Origin: Candidatus Hopanoidivoransaceae bacterium
GTDB taxonomy: Bacteria; Actinomycetota; Acidimicrobiia; Acidimicrobiales; Hopanoidiivorantaceae
NCBI GenBank assembly: GCA_965204495.1
Contig: OZ241989.1
Span: forward strand, 544,312-608,311
Length of the DNA stretch: 64,000 nucleotides
Direction: 5' to 3'
Numbering within the stretch: position 1 is the stretch's first letter; every line of letters starts with the position of its first letter. A program made the position numbers and the translations under genes. Below are positions 17,935 to 26,675 of the stretch, piece after piece. The notes under the pieces were generated by a model. It searched no databases. It saw only the letters and a program-made list of their open reading frames with translations, and was not told where the DNA came from.

Positions 17935-20556
17935 TCAGGCTCCGACTGCTACAAGGTCGGGATGGCTGGGCGACGCCCACTCTTCTTGCTGTTCCAGAGC
18001 GCGCATCGGCAAACTTGAACGCCACTGGGCATCGTGATCGTGCAGGGCGGCAGCCACTGCGCCTGCGGTCGGCACCAGCCCTATCTCGCCTACGCCTTTG
18101 ATGCCGTAGGGGGCGTTGGGCTGCGGACATTCCACCAGCACCACATCCACTTGGGGCATGTCTTTGGGGCGGATTATGCCGAGCGGTCGCAAGGCGGCAT
18201 GGCGGGGGCGGCTGCTTTCATCCACGGGGAACCCTTCGCTCAGGGCGTAGCCCAAGCCCATGTGCACAGCCCCTTCCACCTGCCCTTCGCAAAGCTGCGG
18301 ATTGACAGCTCGCCCCACATCGTGAACGGCCAGCACTCGCTCAACATTGCCTGAGTCGGGGTCTAGCACCACAAGCTGGGCAGCGTATCCGAAGGCGGAA
18401 TGGATGATAGGGTTCTCCGCGCCTTCGCTGAGAGAATTCGTCCAATCCACCACATAGCTGCCTTCGTAATCCACATCCGGCTTGCAGCCGTCTGCCAGCG
18501 CGGCGCGGCAGGCTTCGGCCACCGAACCTGCGCCCATAAGGGTGCCTCGGCTGCCTGTGGTCTGCCCTGCGCCAAGCTCGCGAGTGGTGTCTACGATCAC
18601 TTTGACCTTGCCGGGATCCACGCCTAGCTCTTCCACGGCCACTTGCAGGGCGACGGTGTGGATGCCTTGGCCCATTTCCGTCCAGCAGTGTCGCACTTCC
18701 ACCGTGCCGTCTGCGGCGAAGCGAACGACTGCCCTAGCGACCTCGTTGAAGCCGTTGCCTAGACCTGAGTTCTTTAGACCCAGACCGAGGCCGACCGGTT
18801 TGCCTGCGGCGCGGGCGGCTTCAAATTCGTCTTTCACGGCGTCTAGACAGGCTCTGGCCCCTAGGCAGCCGTCGTCCATTATCTGGCCGGGGCCCCAGAC
18901 TTTGCCGGGTTCAATGACATTGCGCGAGCGCATCTCCCAGCCCGAAATGCCTGCTTTTTCGGCGAGGCGGTCTATCACGCCCTCCATGGCGAACTGCGCT
19001 TGGTTGGCGCCGAAGCCTCGGAAAGCCCCGCAGACGGGATTGTTGGTGCGCACAGCAATAGCGGCCACATCTATGGCGGGCAGATGATAGGGGCCGCTGG
19101 CGTGGCCGGCCGCCCGCTCCAAGACTTTCATGCCGACTGAGGCGTAGGGGCCTGAATCGCCGACCATGCGGGCACGCAGAGCAGTGAGCTTGCCTTCTTC
19201 GCTGCAGCCTGCCCAGTATTCCAAGCGGATGGGGTGGCGCTTGGGATGCAGCAGCAGCGACTCTTCCCTTGAAAGCGTGCACTTGACGGGGCGTTGGAGC
19301 TTCCAAGCAGCCAGGGCTGTCTGAGCTTGGTTTGACATGTCTTCCTTGCCGCCGAAAGCCCCGCCGTTGGAGACGAGTTCAACGGTGATGAGCGACGGGT
19401 CTATGTCTAGCACTGCTGCGATCTGGTCGCGGTCGTCCCAGACGCCTTGACCGCCTGAATAAACCTTCATTGTGCCGTCTTCGTGGGGGACGGCGAGGGT
19501 GGATTCTGGCTCTACGAAAGCGTGCTCCACTCGCTGAGTGTGGAAGACTTCATGGACGGTGTGGGCTGAGGAAACAAGAGCGGCATCCGCATCGCCTCGT
19601 GCATACACTGAGCGCGACAAGATGTTGCCGTCCAGCTGCCAGACGGCGTCTTCTGTGCTGCCGTTGGCAGTGAGACCGGCTGCCACTACCGGGTCGGAAA
19701 ACGGCACGAGCGGGTCGTAGTCTATTTCAATCAGCTGAGCAGCGTGGCGGGCGGTTTCCACATTTTCGGCTACGACCAAAGCCATGATGTCGCCCAGATA
19801 CGATGTGCGGCCGCCTTCTGGGATGAAAACAGGCCAGTCTTTGTGGATCAAGCCAACTCTGAGGTCGCCCGGCACATCTGCGGCTGTGAACACGGCAACC
19901 ACGCCGGGCACGGCTTCGGCAGGCGAGGTATTGATGCTGAGCACATCGGCGCGGGCGTGGTCTGCTAAGCGGACTGCCGCGTGAAGCATTTCGGGCAGGA
20001 AAATGTCGTCTATATAGGGGCGTTCGCCGGCGGCTAACTCGGTTGCTTCGTATTTCACGCCAGAGCTGCCTACCCCGCCGGGCACGACAGGTTCAGGGGA
20101 ATCGCCTTGCGCCAGCGACATCACGGCATCAAGAATTTTCACATAGCCGGTGCAGCGGCAGAGGTGTCCGCCTAGGTGTCGCGAGGCTTCGTCGCGGGTG
20201 AGAGCTGCGCCTTTGCGGTCTATGAGCGACTTGGCCCGCACTACGATGCCGGGGGTGCAGAAGCCGCATTGGAGCGCGCCGTGCGAGGCGAAAGCCGCTG
20301 TGAATCTGTGGCGTTCGGAATCGCCGATACCTTCCAAAGTCACCACATCGGCTTCGGCGACTTTCTCCAGAGAGGTTTGGCAGGCGACACGGGCTTTGCC
20401 GTCCACCAGCACAGTGCAGCAACCGCATTGGCCTGTGGGCGAACAGCCGTCTTTAGGCGAGATGACATGCAGCTCTTCCCGCAAGGCTGCGAGAAGGTGG
20501 GGATGGTCGCGATGGACTGCGACCTGCTCGCCGTTCAAAGTGAAGCTAGTGGTCAT
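17935..20556 (-). CDS. Molybdopterin-dependent hydroxylase with fused N-terminal 2x[2Fe-2S] domain (XdhD / aldehyde oxidoreductase-like)
   Basis: CSPTGQCGCCTV, QCGFCTPG and CRCTGY are the two [2Fe-2S] cluster motifs of xanthine-oxidase-family enzymes. They are followed by an ~700-aa Mo-pterin-binding body (GGFGGK-like GGAFGGKE). No FAD-subunit gene is adjacent. Confidence 0.85.
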   Translation of the reverse strand: MTTSFTLNGEQVAVHRDHPHLLAALREELHVISPKDGCSPTGQCGCCTVLVDGKARVACQTSLEKVAEADVVTLEGIGDSERHRFTAAFASHGALQCGFCTPGIVVRAKSLIDRKGAALTRDEASRHLGGHLCRCTGYVKILDAVMSLAQGDSPEPVVPGGVGSSGVKYEATELAAGERPYIDDIFLPEMLHAAVRLADHARADVLSINTSPAEAVPGVVAVFTAADVPGDLRVGLIHKDWPVFIPEGGRTSYLGDIMALVVAENVETARHAAQLIEIDYDPLVPFSDPVVAAGLTANGSTEDAVWQLDGNILSRSVYARGDADAALVSSAHTVHEVFHTQRVEHAFVEPESTLAVPHEDGTMKVYSGGQGVWDDRDQIAAVLDIDPSLITVELVSNGGAFGGKEDMSNQAQTALAAWKLQRPVKCTLSREESLLLHPKRHPIRLEYWAGCSEEGKLTALRARMVGDSGPYASVGMKVLERAAGHASGPYHLPAIDVAAIAVRTNNPVCGAFRGFGANQAQFAMEGVIDRLAEKAGISGWEMRSRNVIEPGKVWGPGQIMDDGCLGARACLDAVKDEFEAARAAGKPVGLGLGLKNSGLGNGFNEVARAVVRFAADGTVEVRHCWTEMGQGIHTVALQVAVEELGVDPGKVKVIVDTTRELGAGQTTGSRGTLMGAGSVAEACRAALADGCKPDVDYEGSYVVDWTNSLSEGAENPIIHSAFGYAAQLVVLDPDSGNVERVLAVHDVGRAVNPQLCEGQVEGAVHMGLGYALSEGFPVDESSRPRHAALRPLGIIRPKDMPQVDVVLVECPQPNAPYGIKGVGEIGLVPTAGAVAAALHDHDAQWRSSLPMRALEQQEEWASPSHPDLVAVGA

Positions 20557-20600
20557 GGTGCTTTTGTTGATGTGTTCTGTCAGTGGGTTCTCTTGGCGGG

Positions 20601-20723
20601 TTCTGTCTGTGCTTTCTCTTGGTGTTTTCTCACAATGTGCTTTCTGTCTGTGCTTTCCAACCCTGCCACGATTTTACTTCATTTGAGATGCCGTGTCAAA
20701 CTAAGTGTCATAATGCCGTGTCA
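20601..20723. repeat. Direct repeats in the 164-nt leader upstream of the XdhD-like gene
   Basis: ttctgtctgtgctttc occurs at 20601-20616 and again at 20642-20657. atgccgtgtca occurs at 20688-20698 and again at 20713-20723; the second copy overlaps the stop of the upstream gene. Confidence 0.6.
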
Positions 20724-21659
20724 TTCCGGCGGCGGAATCGGCCCTTTTCGTTCGATGATCTGGCGGTACGCTTCGGGGCGACGATAGCGGGCGAAGTCGA
20801 ACAAAGTCTCCTTGTAGTTGGCGCACATGTCCAGATCTATGCATGCTCGGATCAGCTCGTCTCCGTTGGTGACTGCTTGGGCAACGATCTGCCCGGATGG
20901 GGCAATGATGCAGCTATGTGCCAGCAGCTCGCAGCCTTCTTCCGTGCCGCCTTTGGCAGCCCCGACCACCCACATGCCGTTCTGATACGCGCCCGACTGC
21001 ATCACGAGATGATTGTGGAATGCCTGCAGAGGATCTTGCGTGGGATCGGGCGGATAGTGGAGCGGGGTGTTGTAGCCGATCAGCACCAGCTCTGCGCCGT
21101 TCAGCCCCATGACCCTATAGGTCTCCGGCCAGCGGCGGTCGTTGCAGATGGCCATGCCCACGATGCCGCCGAATGCCCGCCAGACTTGGAAACCTTCTTG
21201 GCTTTCTTCAAAGTATCGCCGCTCTAGGTGCTGGAACCTTCTGTGAGGTTCGTGGTCTTCGTGGCCGGGGATATGCACTTTGCGGAATTTGCCGACCAGC
21301 GAGCCGTCTCGCTCGGTGAGCATGGCTGTGTTGTAGCGGTGCCGGTCGGCTGTAAGCTCCGCATAGCCGAGGTGGATGCCGATGCCGAGTTCTGCTGCCG
21401 TTGCGAAAAGCTTCTCAGTGGCTGTGCCAGCGGAACCGGGGTCTTCGGTTTCGTAGAAGCTGTCGAGTTCTGCTTCGTCTTCAAACCACCAGCGAGGGAA
21501 AAATGTAGTGAGGGCCAGCTCTGGATAGACCAGCAGCTCCACTCTCTGGTCGTGAGCTTTGTGCAGCAAGGCGAAAAGACGGTCTACGACTTCGGCACGG
21601 CTTTCGCTGCGGGCTATAGGCCCGAGCTGGGCGACACCGACTGTCAGCTCACGAGACAT
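20721..21659 (-). CDS. Carbon-nitrogen hydrolase, N-carbamoyl-D-amino-acid hydrolase / beta-ureidopropionase-like
   Basis: LTVGVAQLGPI...VELLVYPELALTTFFPRWWF, FRKVHIPG and GMAICNDRRWPE provide the nitrilase-superfamily Glu-Lys-Cys triad context seen in N-carbamoylases. Confidence 0.8.
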   Translation of the reverse strand: MSRELTVGVAQLGPIARSESRAEVVDRLFALLHKAHDQRVELLVYPELALTTFFPRWWFEDEAELDSFYETEDPGSAGTATEKLFATAAELGIGIHLGYAELTADRHRYNTAMLTERDGSLVGKFRKVHIPGHEDHEPHRRFQHLERRYFEESQEGFQVWRAFGGIVGMAICNDRRWPETYRVMGLNGAELVLIGYNTPLHYPPDPTQDPLQAFHNHLVMQSGAYQNGMWVVGAAKGGTEEGCELLAHSCIIAPSGQIVAQAVTNGDELIRACIDLDMCANYKETLFDFARYRRPEAYRQIIERKGPIPPPE

Positions 21660-21763
21660 ATCGCTAGTTTAGACGGTTTGCGAACACCATTTTGTTAACT
21701 CTTCTAGCAATCTCATTCTTCTTGCGATTTCGCTCTTTTAGCGATCTCACCTTTCTTGCAGCC

Positions 21764-22543
21764 TCACTCGCCGCAAACCAAGGTGCCGATCGTCTCTCCG
21801 GCTAGCAAGGCATGAGCGTTGCCTTTGGTCATCAAATCAAACATCACAATCGGCAAGTCGTTTTCCATGCATAGAGTGATGGCGGTGGTGTCCATCGCCC
21901 GCAGCCCTTTGTTGATGACATCAATGTAGGAAAGCTGACCGAACTTGGTGGCGCTTTGGTTGAGCCTGGGGTCGTCCGAATAGATGCCGTCTGTGCCTGA
22001 ATGAGTGCCTTTGAGCAGCACTTCTGCTTCAATTTCTATGGCTCGCAGGGCGGCTGCCGTGTCGGTGGTGAAAAAAGGATTGCCTGTGCCTGCTGCGAGG
22101 ATGACCACACGGCCTTTTTCCAAGTGGCGCATGGCTCGGCGGCGGATGTACGGCTCGGCGATTTGCGCCATTTGGATGGCGGTCTGCACTCTGGTGGGCT
22201 GGCCGAGGTGTTCCAGCACATCTTGGAGAGCAAGAGCGTTGATGACGGTGGCGAGCATTCCCATGTAGTCGGCTTGGGATTGATCTATGCCCATGCCGAC
22301 ACCGGTTTCGCCGCGCCAGATGTTGCCGCCGCCCACTACCACTGCTATATCCACTGCGAAACTCTGGCGCAGCTCGCAGATTTCCTCGGCTATGGCCTCC
22401 ACAGTGGGTCCGTCTATGCCCACATCGTTCGGGTCAGCATTGTTAGCATCGTTTTTGCCGGCGAAGGCTTCGCCGGAAATTTTCAACAAAATGCGAGACC
22501 ACCTAGGCTCAGCCTTTGCGGAGGCGGAGTTGCCGGCAGTCAT
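21764..22543 (-). CDS. pyrH: UMP kinase
   Basis: [36 protein letters not shown] and [21 protein letters not shown] are hallmark PyrH blocks. The start is set at the internal ATG (MTAGNSA...). The longest ORF reaches 22633 and would overlap tsf. Confidence 0.9.
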   Translation of the reverse strand: MTAGNSASAKAEPRWSRILLKISGEAFAGKNDANNADPNDVGIDGPTVEAIAEEICELRQSFAVDIAVVVGGGNIWRGETGVGMGIDQSQADYMGMLATVINALALQDVLEHLGQPTRVQTAIQMAQIAEPYIRRRAMRHLEKGRVVILAAGTGNPFFTTDTAAALRAIEIEAEVLLKGTHSGTDGIYSDDPRLNQSATKFGQLSYIDVINKGLRAMDTTAITLCMENDLPIVMFDLMTKGNAHALLAGETIGTLVCGE

Positions 22544-22610
22544 GCTTGTCTCAGCCTTTGCTCGGAGCTGCTGCGGGCGGCAGAAAATTTGGCGACTTCG
22601 GCATGGACGA

Positions 22611-23399
22611 TCACCCGATGGCAAACATCTCAAAAGCTACGATGTCGCCGTTGCCGATGCTTTGGGCGACTGTGGTTTTGTCGCCGTGCAGACCTTGCTC
22701 CAAAAGCACTGTTTCTTTGAACCAGCCTGAGAGCCGGCCTTCTACGATTTTGTCCCAAGCAGCTTCTGGTTTGCCTTCTTCCTTGGTGCGCTCCAAGGCT
22801 TTGGCTCGCTCTTTTTCCACGAGTTCGGGATCCACCTGCTCGCGATTCAGATGGGAAGGGCGGGCGAACGCCACATGAAGGCTGACTTGGTGGAGATCTT
22901 CAGGCGAAACACCGTTGCCTTTCACTATGACGCCGATCACTCCCCTGCCGTCTTGCTTGTGGAGGTAGGTGTCAATGAGTTCGCCGTCTGCGGCTTGACA
23001 TCTCACGACTCTGCCGATAGAGATGTTTTCTTTCTTGGAGATCTTGAGATTGTCTACCTGCTCGGCGAAGTTCTCGGTTGCTGCTTCGCCATCAGCTAGG
23101 ACAGCATCGGCAATGGCTTGGCAGATATCTAGGAAATCTTCTGCCTTGGCGGAAAAGTCCGTCTCGGCGTTGAGCTGCGCCATGGCTGCTGCGCTGCCGT
23201 TGGTCGCCAAGGCGACTGCCCCTTGCGTAGCTTCACGCGAAGCGCGCTCGGCAGCTTTTGCAAGACCTTTGCGCTTGAGGAACTCTGCGGCCTCTTCAAA
23301 GTCTCCGTTAGATTCTTGCAGGGCTCGCTTGGCATCCATCATGCCTGCGCCAGTGAGGTCACGAAGTTCTTTGACCTGTTTTGCGGTTACTTCAGCCAC
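22611..23399 (-). CDS. tsf: Translation elongation factor Ts
   Basis: The N-terminus [22 protein letters not shown] is the conserved EF-Ts UBA-like domain. The gene has a GTG start and lies directly downstream of rpsB. Confidence 0.9.
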   Translation of the reverse strand: MAEVTAKQVKELRDLTGAGMMDAKRALQESNGDFEEAAEFLKRKGLAKAAERASREATQGAVALATNGSAAAMAQLNAETDFSAKAEDFLDICQAIADAVLADGEAATENFAEQVDNLKISKKENISIGRVVRCQAADGELIDTYLHKQDGRGVIGVIVKGNGVSPEDLHQVSLHVAFARPSHLNREQVDPELVEKERAKALERTKEEGKPEAAWDKIVEGRLSGWFKETVLLEQGLHGDKTTVAQSIGNGDIVAFEMFAIG

Positions 23400-24567
23400 C
23401 TTTTCCTCCTGTCTCTTCTTGGCTATCAGTTGCTTCGTCGCTCGCAGACTCAGCTTCGTCTTCTTTGTTTTCTGCGATCCATGCTTCTAAATCAGACGAT
23501 GTCTCGGTTGCGGCAGTGGTCTCGGCTGCGGCATCGGTTGCTTCAGATTCAGCGGTTTCTTCGCTGTCTGTCTCTTCTGTCTCTTCGGCAGTTGCAACCT
23601 CAGAAGCCATGCGGGCTTCTCTGGCGGCGGCTTCACGGGCAGCTTCATCCCTTGCTTTGTCTTGCTGCTTTTTGAACTCTGCTTCCTCTTTGGGAGTGCG
23701 AACCTCTGCTCTGGTGATACCGCGAGCGGAGGCAACCTGCTTGCCTTCTATGACAGCATCGCAGATGATGCGACACATCAGATCGCCGGCACGGATGGCA
23801 TCGTCATTGCCGGGGATGACATATTGGATCACATCGGGGTCGCAGTTGGTGTCTACTACGGCGATGATAGGAATTTGGAGCTTGTTGGCTTCGGTTACTG
23901 CTATGTGCTCCTTCTTCACATCAAACACGAACACGGCATCCGGCACTTTGGTGATCATGCCGATGCCGCTGAGGTTGCGCTCTAGCTTGGCAAGTTCTCG
24001 TTGGATGCGAAGAGCCTCTTTCTTGGGCATTCCGGAGAACTCGTCCGACTCGCGCATTCGCTGGTATTCACGCATTTTGTCTACTCTTTTGCTGATGGTG
24101 GCGAAGTTGGTGAGAGTGCCGCCCAGCCAACGCTCGTTCACATAGGGCATACCGCACTTTTCGGCGTAGGAGCGGACGGTCTTCTGCACCTGCTTCTTGG
24201 TGCCGACCATGAGGACAGTGCCGCCCTGCGCCACGGTTTCGCGCACGAACTTGTAGGCAGCCTCTATGCCTCGCATGGTGGTTTTGAGGTCGAGAATATA
24301 GATGCCCGACATTTCGCCGTGAATGAACCTGCGCATCCGTGGGTTCCAACGGCGAGTCTGATGCCCGAAATGCACGCCTGCATCAAGCAGCTGGCGCATG
24401 GTCACCACCGGCTCGGTGCCTGCTGTTGGCTCGGCATCAAACCCTGGTTCAGTTCCTGCCGCAGCCGACTCCACGCCAGCTGCTGTATCGGTTTCTGTTG
24501 CCGCTGTGTCTTCTGTCGCCGCTGTGTCGTCGGCTGTTGTTGTTTGTGTCATTTGGATTTCTCCCAT
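23392..24567 (-). CDS. rpsB: 30S ribosomal protein S2 with long acidic N- and C-terminal extensions
   Basis: MRQLLDAGVHFGHQTRRWNPRM and the core ILFVGTKKQ-like VLMVGTKKQ are S2 signatures. The ORF is 391 aa. By my recollection S2 is ~240 aa in E. coli and ~280 aa in typical actinobacteria. Confidence 0.9.
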   Translation of the reverse strand: MGEIQMTQTTTADDTAATEDTAATETDTAAGVESAAAGTEPGFDAEPTAGTEPVVTMRQLLDAGVHFGHQTRRWNPRMRRFIHGEMSGIYILDLKTTMRGIEAAYKFVRETVAQGGTVLMVGTKKQVQKTVRSYAEKCGMPYVNERWLGGTLTNFATISKRVDKMREYQRMRESDEFSGMPKKEALRIQRELAKLERNLSGIGMITKVPDAVFVFDVKKEHIAVTEANKLQIPIIAVVDTNCDPDVIQYVIPGNDDAIRAGDLMCRIICDAVIEGKQVASARGITRAEVRTPKEEAEFKKQQDKARDEAAREAAAREARMASEVATAEETEETDSEETAESEATDAAAETTAATETSSDLEAWIAENKEDEAESASDEATDSQEETGGKGG

Positions 24568-24784
24568 CGGTTCAGCTAGGCCCGCGCCTTACGCCCGAAG
24601 GCGACCGTGGGGTCGGCGCAGGTGAGATTACGCTGCTCTGGAACTTCTGCGCCATAAGGCACATCAGCACCTGCCTAGTAACCGCGATGCATTTCAGCGC
24701 CGCTGTCGCTGTGTCAAGCAGCCTTCTTCAGTGTATCTGACTAACCGCTTTATCCGACACTCGCCATATCTCACCTCCTCAATC

Positions 24785-25543
24785 TCATCGGAACTCACCC
24801 TCATCGGAACCCAGAGACCCAGAACTTCCGATACCCGAAAGGATGCCTCCTCTGGGTACCAGACGAGCCGACTTGGGCCCGACTTGCCCCATCAGCTCTG
24901 CTGGATCAATATAGTCGCCGTCTCTGATGGCTCCGAAATGAAAAGATCTGCCTTTTGTGCTGGCGAGCACGCTGCCTTGCTCCACGAAGTCGCCTTTCTT
25001 GACTGCGATGTCTTTCACATACGAATATGTGGTGCGAACACCATCTGGATGGTTGATGCTCACATAGAGCGACCCGCCGACTTGGCCAGCAAAGCGGACA
25101 TGGCCTGCTCCGGCTGCCACCACCGGGGAATCTGGTTGAGTCTCATATTCCCAGCCACGGTTGCCTGGAGCACCGATGTGTACTGGGCGGCGAAACCAAT
25201 CAACCACCCTTCCCGCTACCGGCGCGATATAGCCTGCGCCCTCCTCGCCCAGATTTACCCCACCCTGATTTACCCCGTTCTGATCTACCCCATTCTGATT
25301 GCCTCCGCCCCTCCCGCTGCCATCGCCAAGATCGCTTGCCAGATTGCCGGCATCTGAGAAAACAATCGGCATCGGCGCAACAACAAGCGTGGCAGTAGGA
25401 GGCGGGCTGAACTGCTGCGGCAAATTGCCATTTCCCACAGTGCTCCCGCCAGCCCCGGAACAGCCCGCCACCGCTATCAGTCCAATAACAGCTAGCCCGA
25501 TAGCTGAAACGGCCCCGCTTTTTCGGAGATTTGGTTTTTTCAG
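24785..25543 (-). CDS. M23-family (LytM-type) metallopeptidase lipoprotein
   Basis: The C-terminal block is GWEYETQPDSPVVAAGAGHVRFAGQVGGSLYVSINHPDGVRTTYSYV...GDFVEQGSVLA...FHFGAIRDGDYIDP. The putative signal/lipobox is AIGLAVIGLIAVAGC. The start is uncertain. The only start-like codon that preserves the signal peptide is the CTG at 25543, which overlaps the xerC stop; the next ATG (MPIVF) lies after the lipobox. Confidence 0.7.
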   Translation of the reverse strand: MKKPNLRKSGAVSAIGLAVIGLIAVAGCSGAGGSTVGNGNLPQQFSPPPTATLVVAPMPIVFSDAGNLASDLGDGSGRGGGNQNGVDQNGVNQGGVNLGEEGAGYIAPVAGRVVDWFRRPVHIGAPGNRGWEYETQPDSPVVAAGAGHVRFAGQVGGSLYVSINHPDGVRTTYSYVKDIAVKKGDFVEQGSVLASTKGRSFHFGAIRDGDYIDPAELMGQVGPKSARLVPRGGILSGIGSSGSLGSDEGEFR

Positions 25544-26442
25544 GCTCTGGGGTGGGTTTCTTCCAGCACTTTTCGCAGCCTCTCGCGGCTCACATGAGTG
25601 TAAATCTGGGTGGTGGAGAGGCTGGAGTGCCCCAGAAGCTCTTGGACAGATCTCAAATCGGCCCCGCCGTCTAGAAGGTGCGTGGCATAAGTGTGGCGGA
25701 GAGCGTGAGGGTGGGTGTGTGCTCTGCGCTCCACTATCCGCCGCAAGTCGCGTGTGGTGAGCGGATTGCCTGCGAGATTGAAGAACAGAGAAGCCGAACC
25801 TGTTGCAGAACTGCCGGCAAACACCTTCCAAGACTTGGCCAAGTAGTCTTCCAACTTGACCGCACAGGGCATGGAAAGCGGCACTATGCGCTCTTTGCTG
25901 CCTTTGCCGACCACTCGAACCGAGCGATCTTCCAGCTGCAGTGACTCCAGCGTCAGCCCGCACACTTCGCTTGCCCTCAGACCGCTGCCGTAGAGCAGCT
26001 CTGCTATGGCGTCGTCTCTGCGGCGGCGATGCTCGTCGTCTTGCTCCAATGCCGCTCGCCTTCCGTCCAATAGCTCTCCTAGCTCTTTGTTCGGCAGCAC
26101 CTTCGGCAGATGACGAGGAATGGATGGAGTCGACAGTCCCAGAGTCGGGTCGGCCGTACAGAGCTTCTGCTTGCAGGCCCAAGCGAAGTAGCGACGCAAC
26201 ACTGAAACCTTGCGGGCTATGGTGGTGCGAGCGTAATCTTCCCCAGCCAGATGAGCCAGATAGAGGCGCAGCGTCTGCCGAGTGACTCTGCTGGGAGAGT
26301 CCACGCCTTCGCCAGCAGCCCAGCCGATGAACGCCTTTAGGTCGCGGTCGTACACCGCCGCAGTTGAATCCGCCACTGATGTCAGCCCGCGGAGAAATCT
26401 GGCGTCGTTCCAGTTGTCCTGGTTCAAGCTTGTGCGGCTCAT
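25540..26442 (-). CDS. xerC: Tyrosine recombinase XerC
   Basis: LRHTYATHLLDGGADLRSVQELLGHSSLSTTQIYTHV is the R-H-R-Y catalytic box of Xer recombinases. The position between dprA and the M23 peptidase/rpsB matches the arrangement in mycobacteria. Confidence 0.85.
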   Translation of the reverse strand: MSRTSLNQDNWNDARFLRGLTSVADSTAAVYDRDLKAFIGWAAGEGVDSPSRVTRQTLRLYLAHLAGEDYARTTIARKVSVLRRYFAWACKQKLCTADPTLGLSTPSIPRHLPKVLPNKELGELLDGRRAALEQDDEHRRRRDDAIAELLYGSGLRASEVCGLTLESLQLEDRSVRVVGKGSKERIVPLSMPCAVKLEDYLAKSWKVFAGSSATGSASLFFNLAGNPLTTRDLRRIVERRAHTHPHALRHTYATHLLDGGADLRSVQELLGHSSLSTTQIYTHVSRERLRKVLEETHPRA

Positions 26443-26675
26443 GGTCGCCTAGCCCCTGCCAGCTTTCTTCAGAACCACTTCGCTCTTGTCCGGCACAGCC
26501 TCGGTTGTCAAGATCCAGTCCACCGAGTTTCGGCAGGTTTGTTCTTGTTTTTCGTTCATTGCTACCCACGATAGTTTTGCCTTTCTGTCTTGTCACCTGA
26601 TATTTCGCTTCGGCCGCTCGATTTCACAGATACCAACCGCTCAACTTGACAGCCCAGCCCAGACTGTCAGTGCGC

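Noticed and set aside
25540-26442. xerC considered as the integrase of the 29.5-46.5 kb island.
   Set aside because: It sits in the conserved housekeeping context (M23 peptidase/rpsB on one side, dprA/comM on the other). It is separated from the island by two core genes and has Xer-type rather than phage-integrase-type features.
24785-26596. A 603-aa ORF, the longest reading frame across this stretch.
   Set aside because: Only the last ~250 codons look like a real protein (M23 peptidase). The upstream part is Arg/Ser/Pro-rich and overlaps the well-supported xerC gene (25540..26442) in another frame. This is a typical high-GC shadow ORF.
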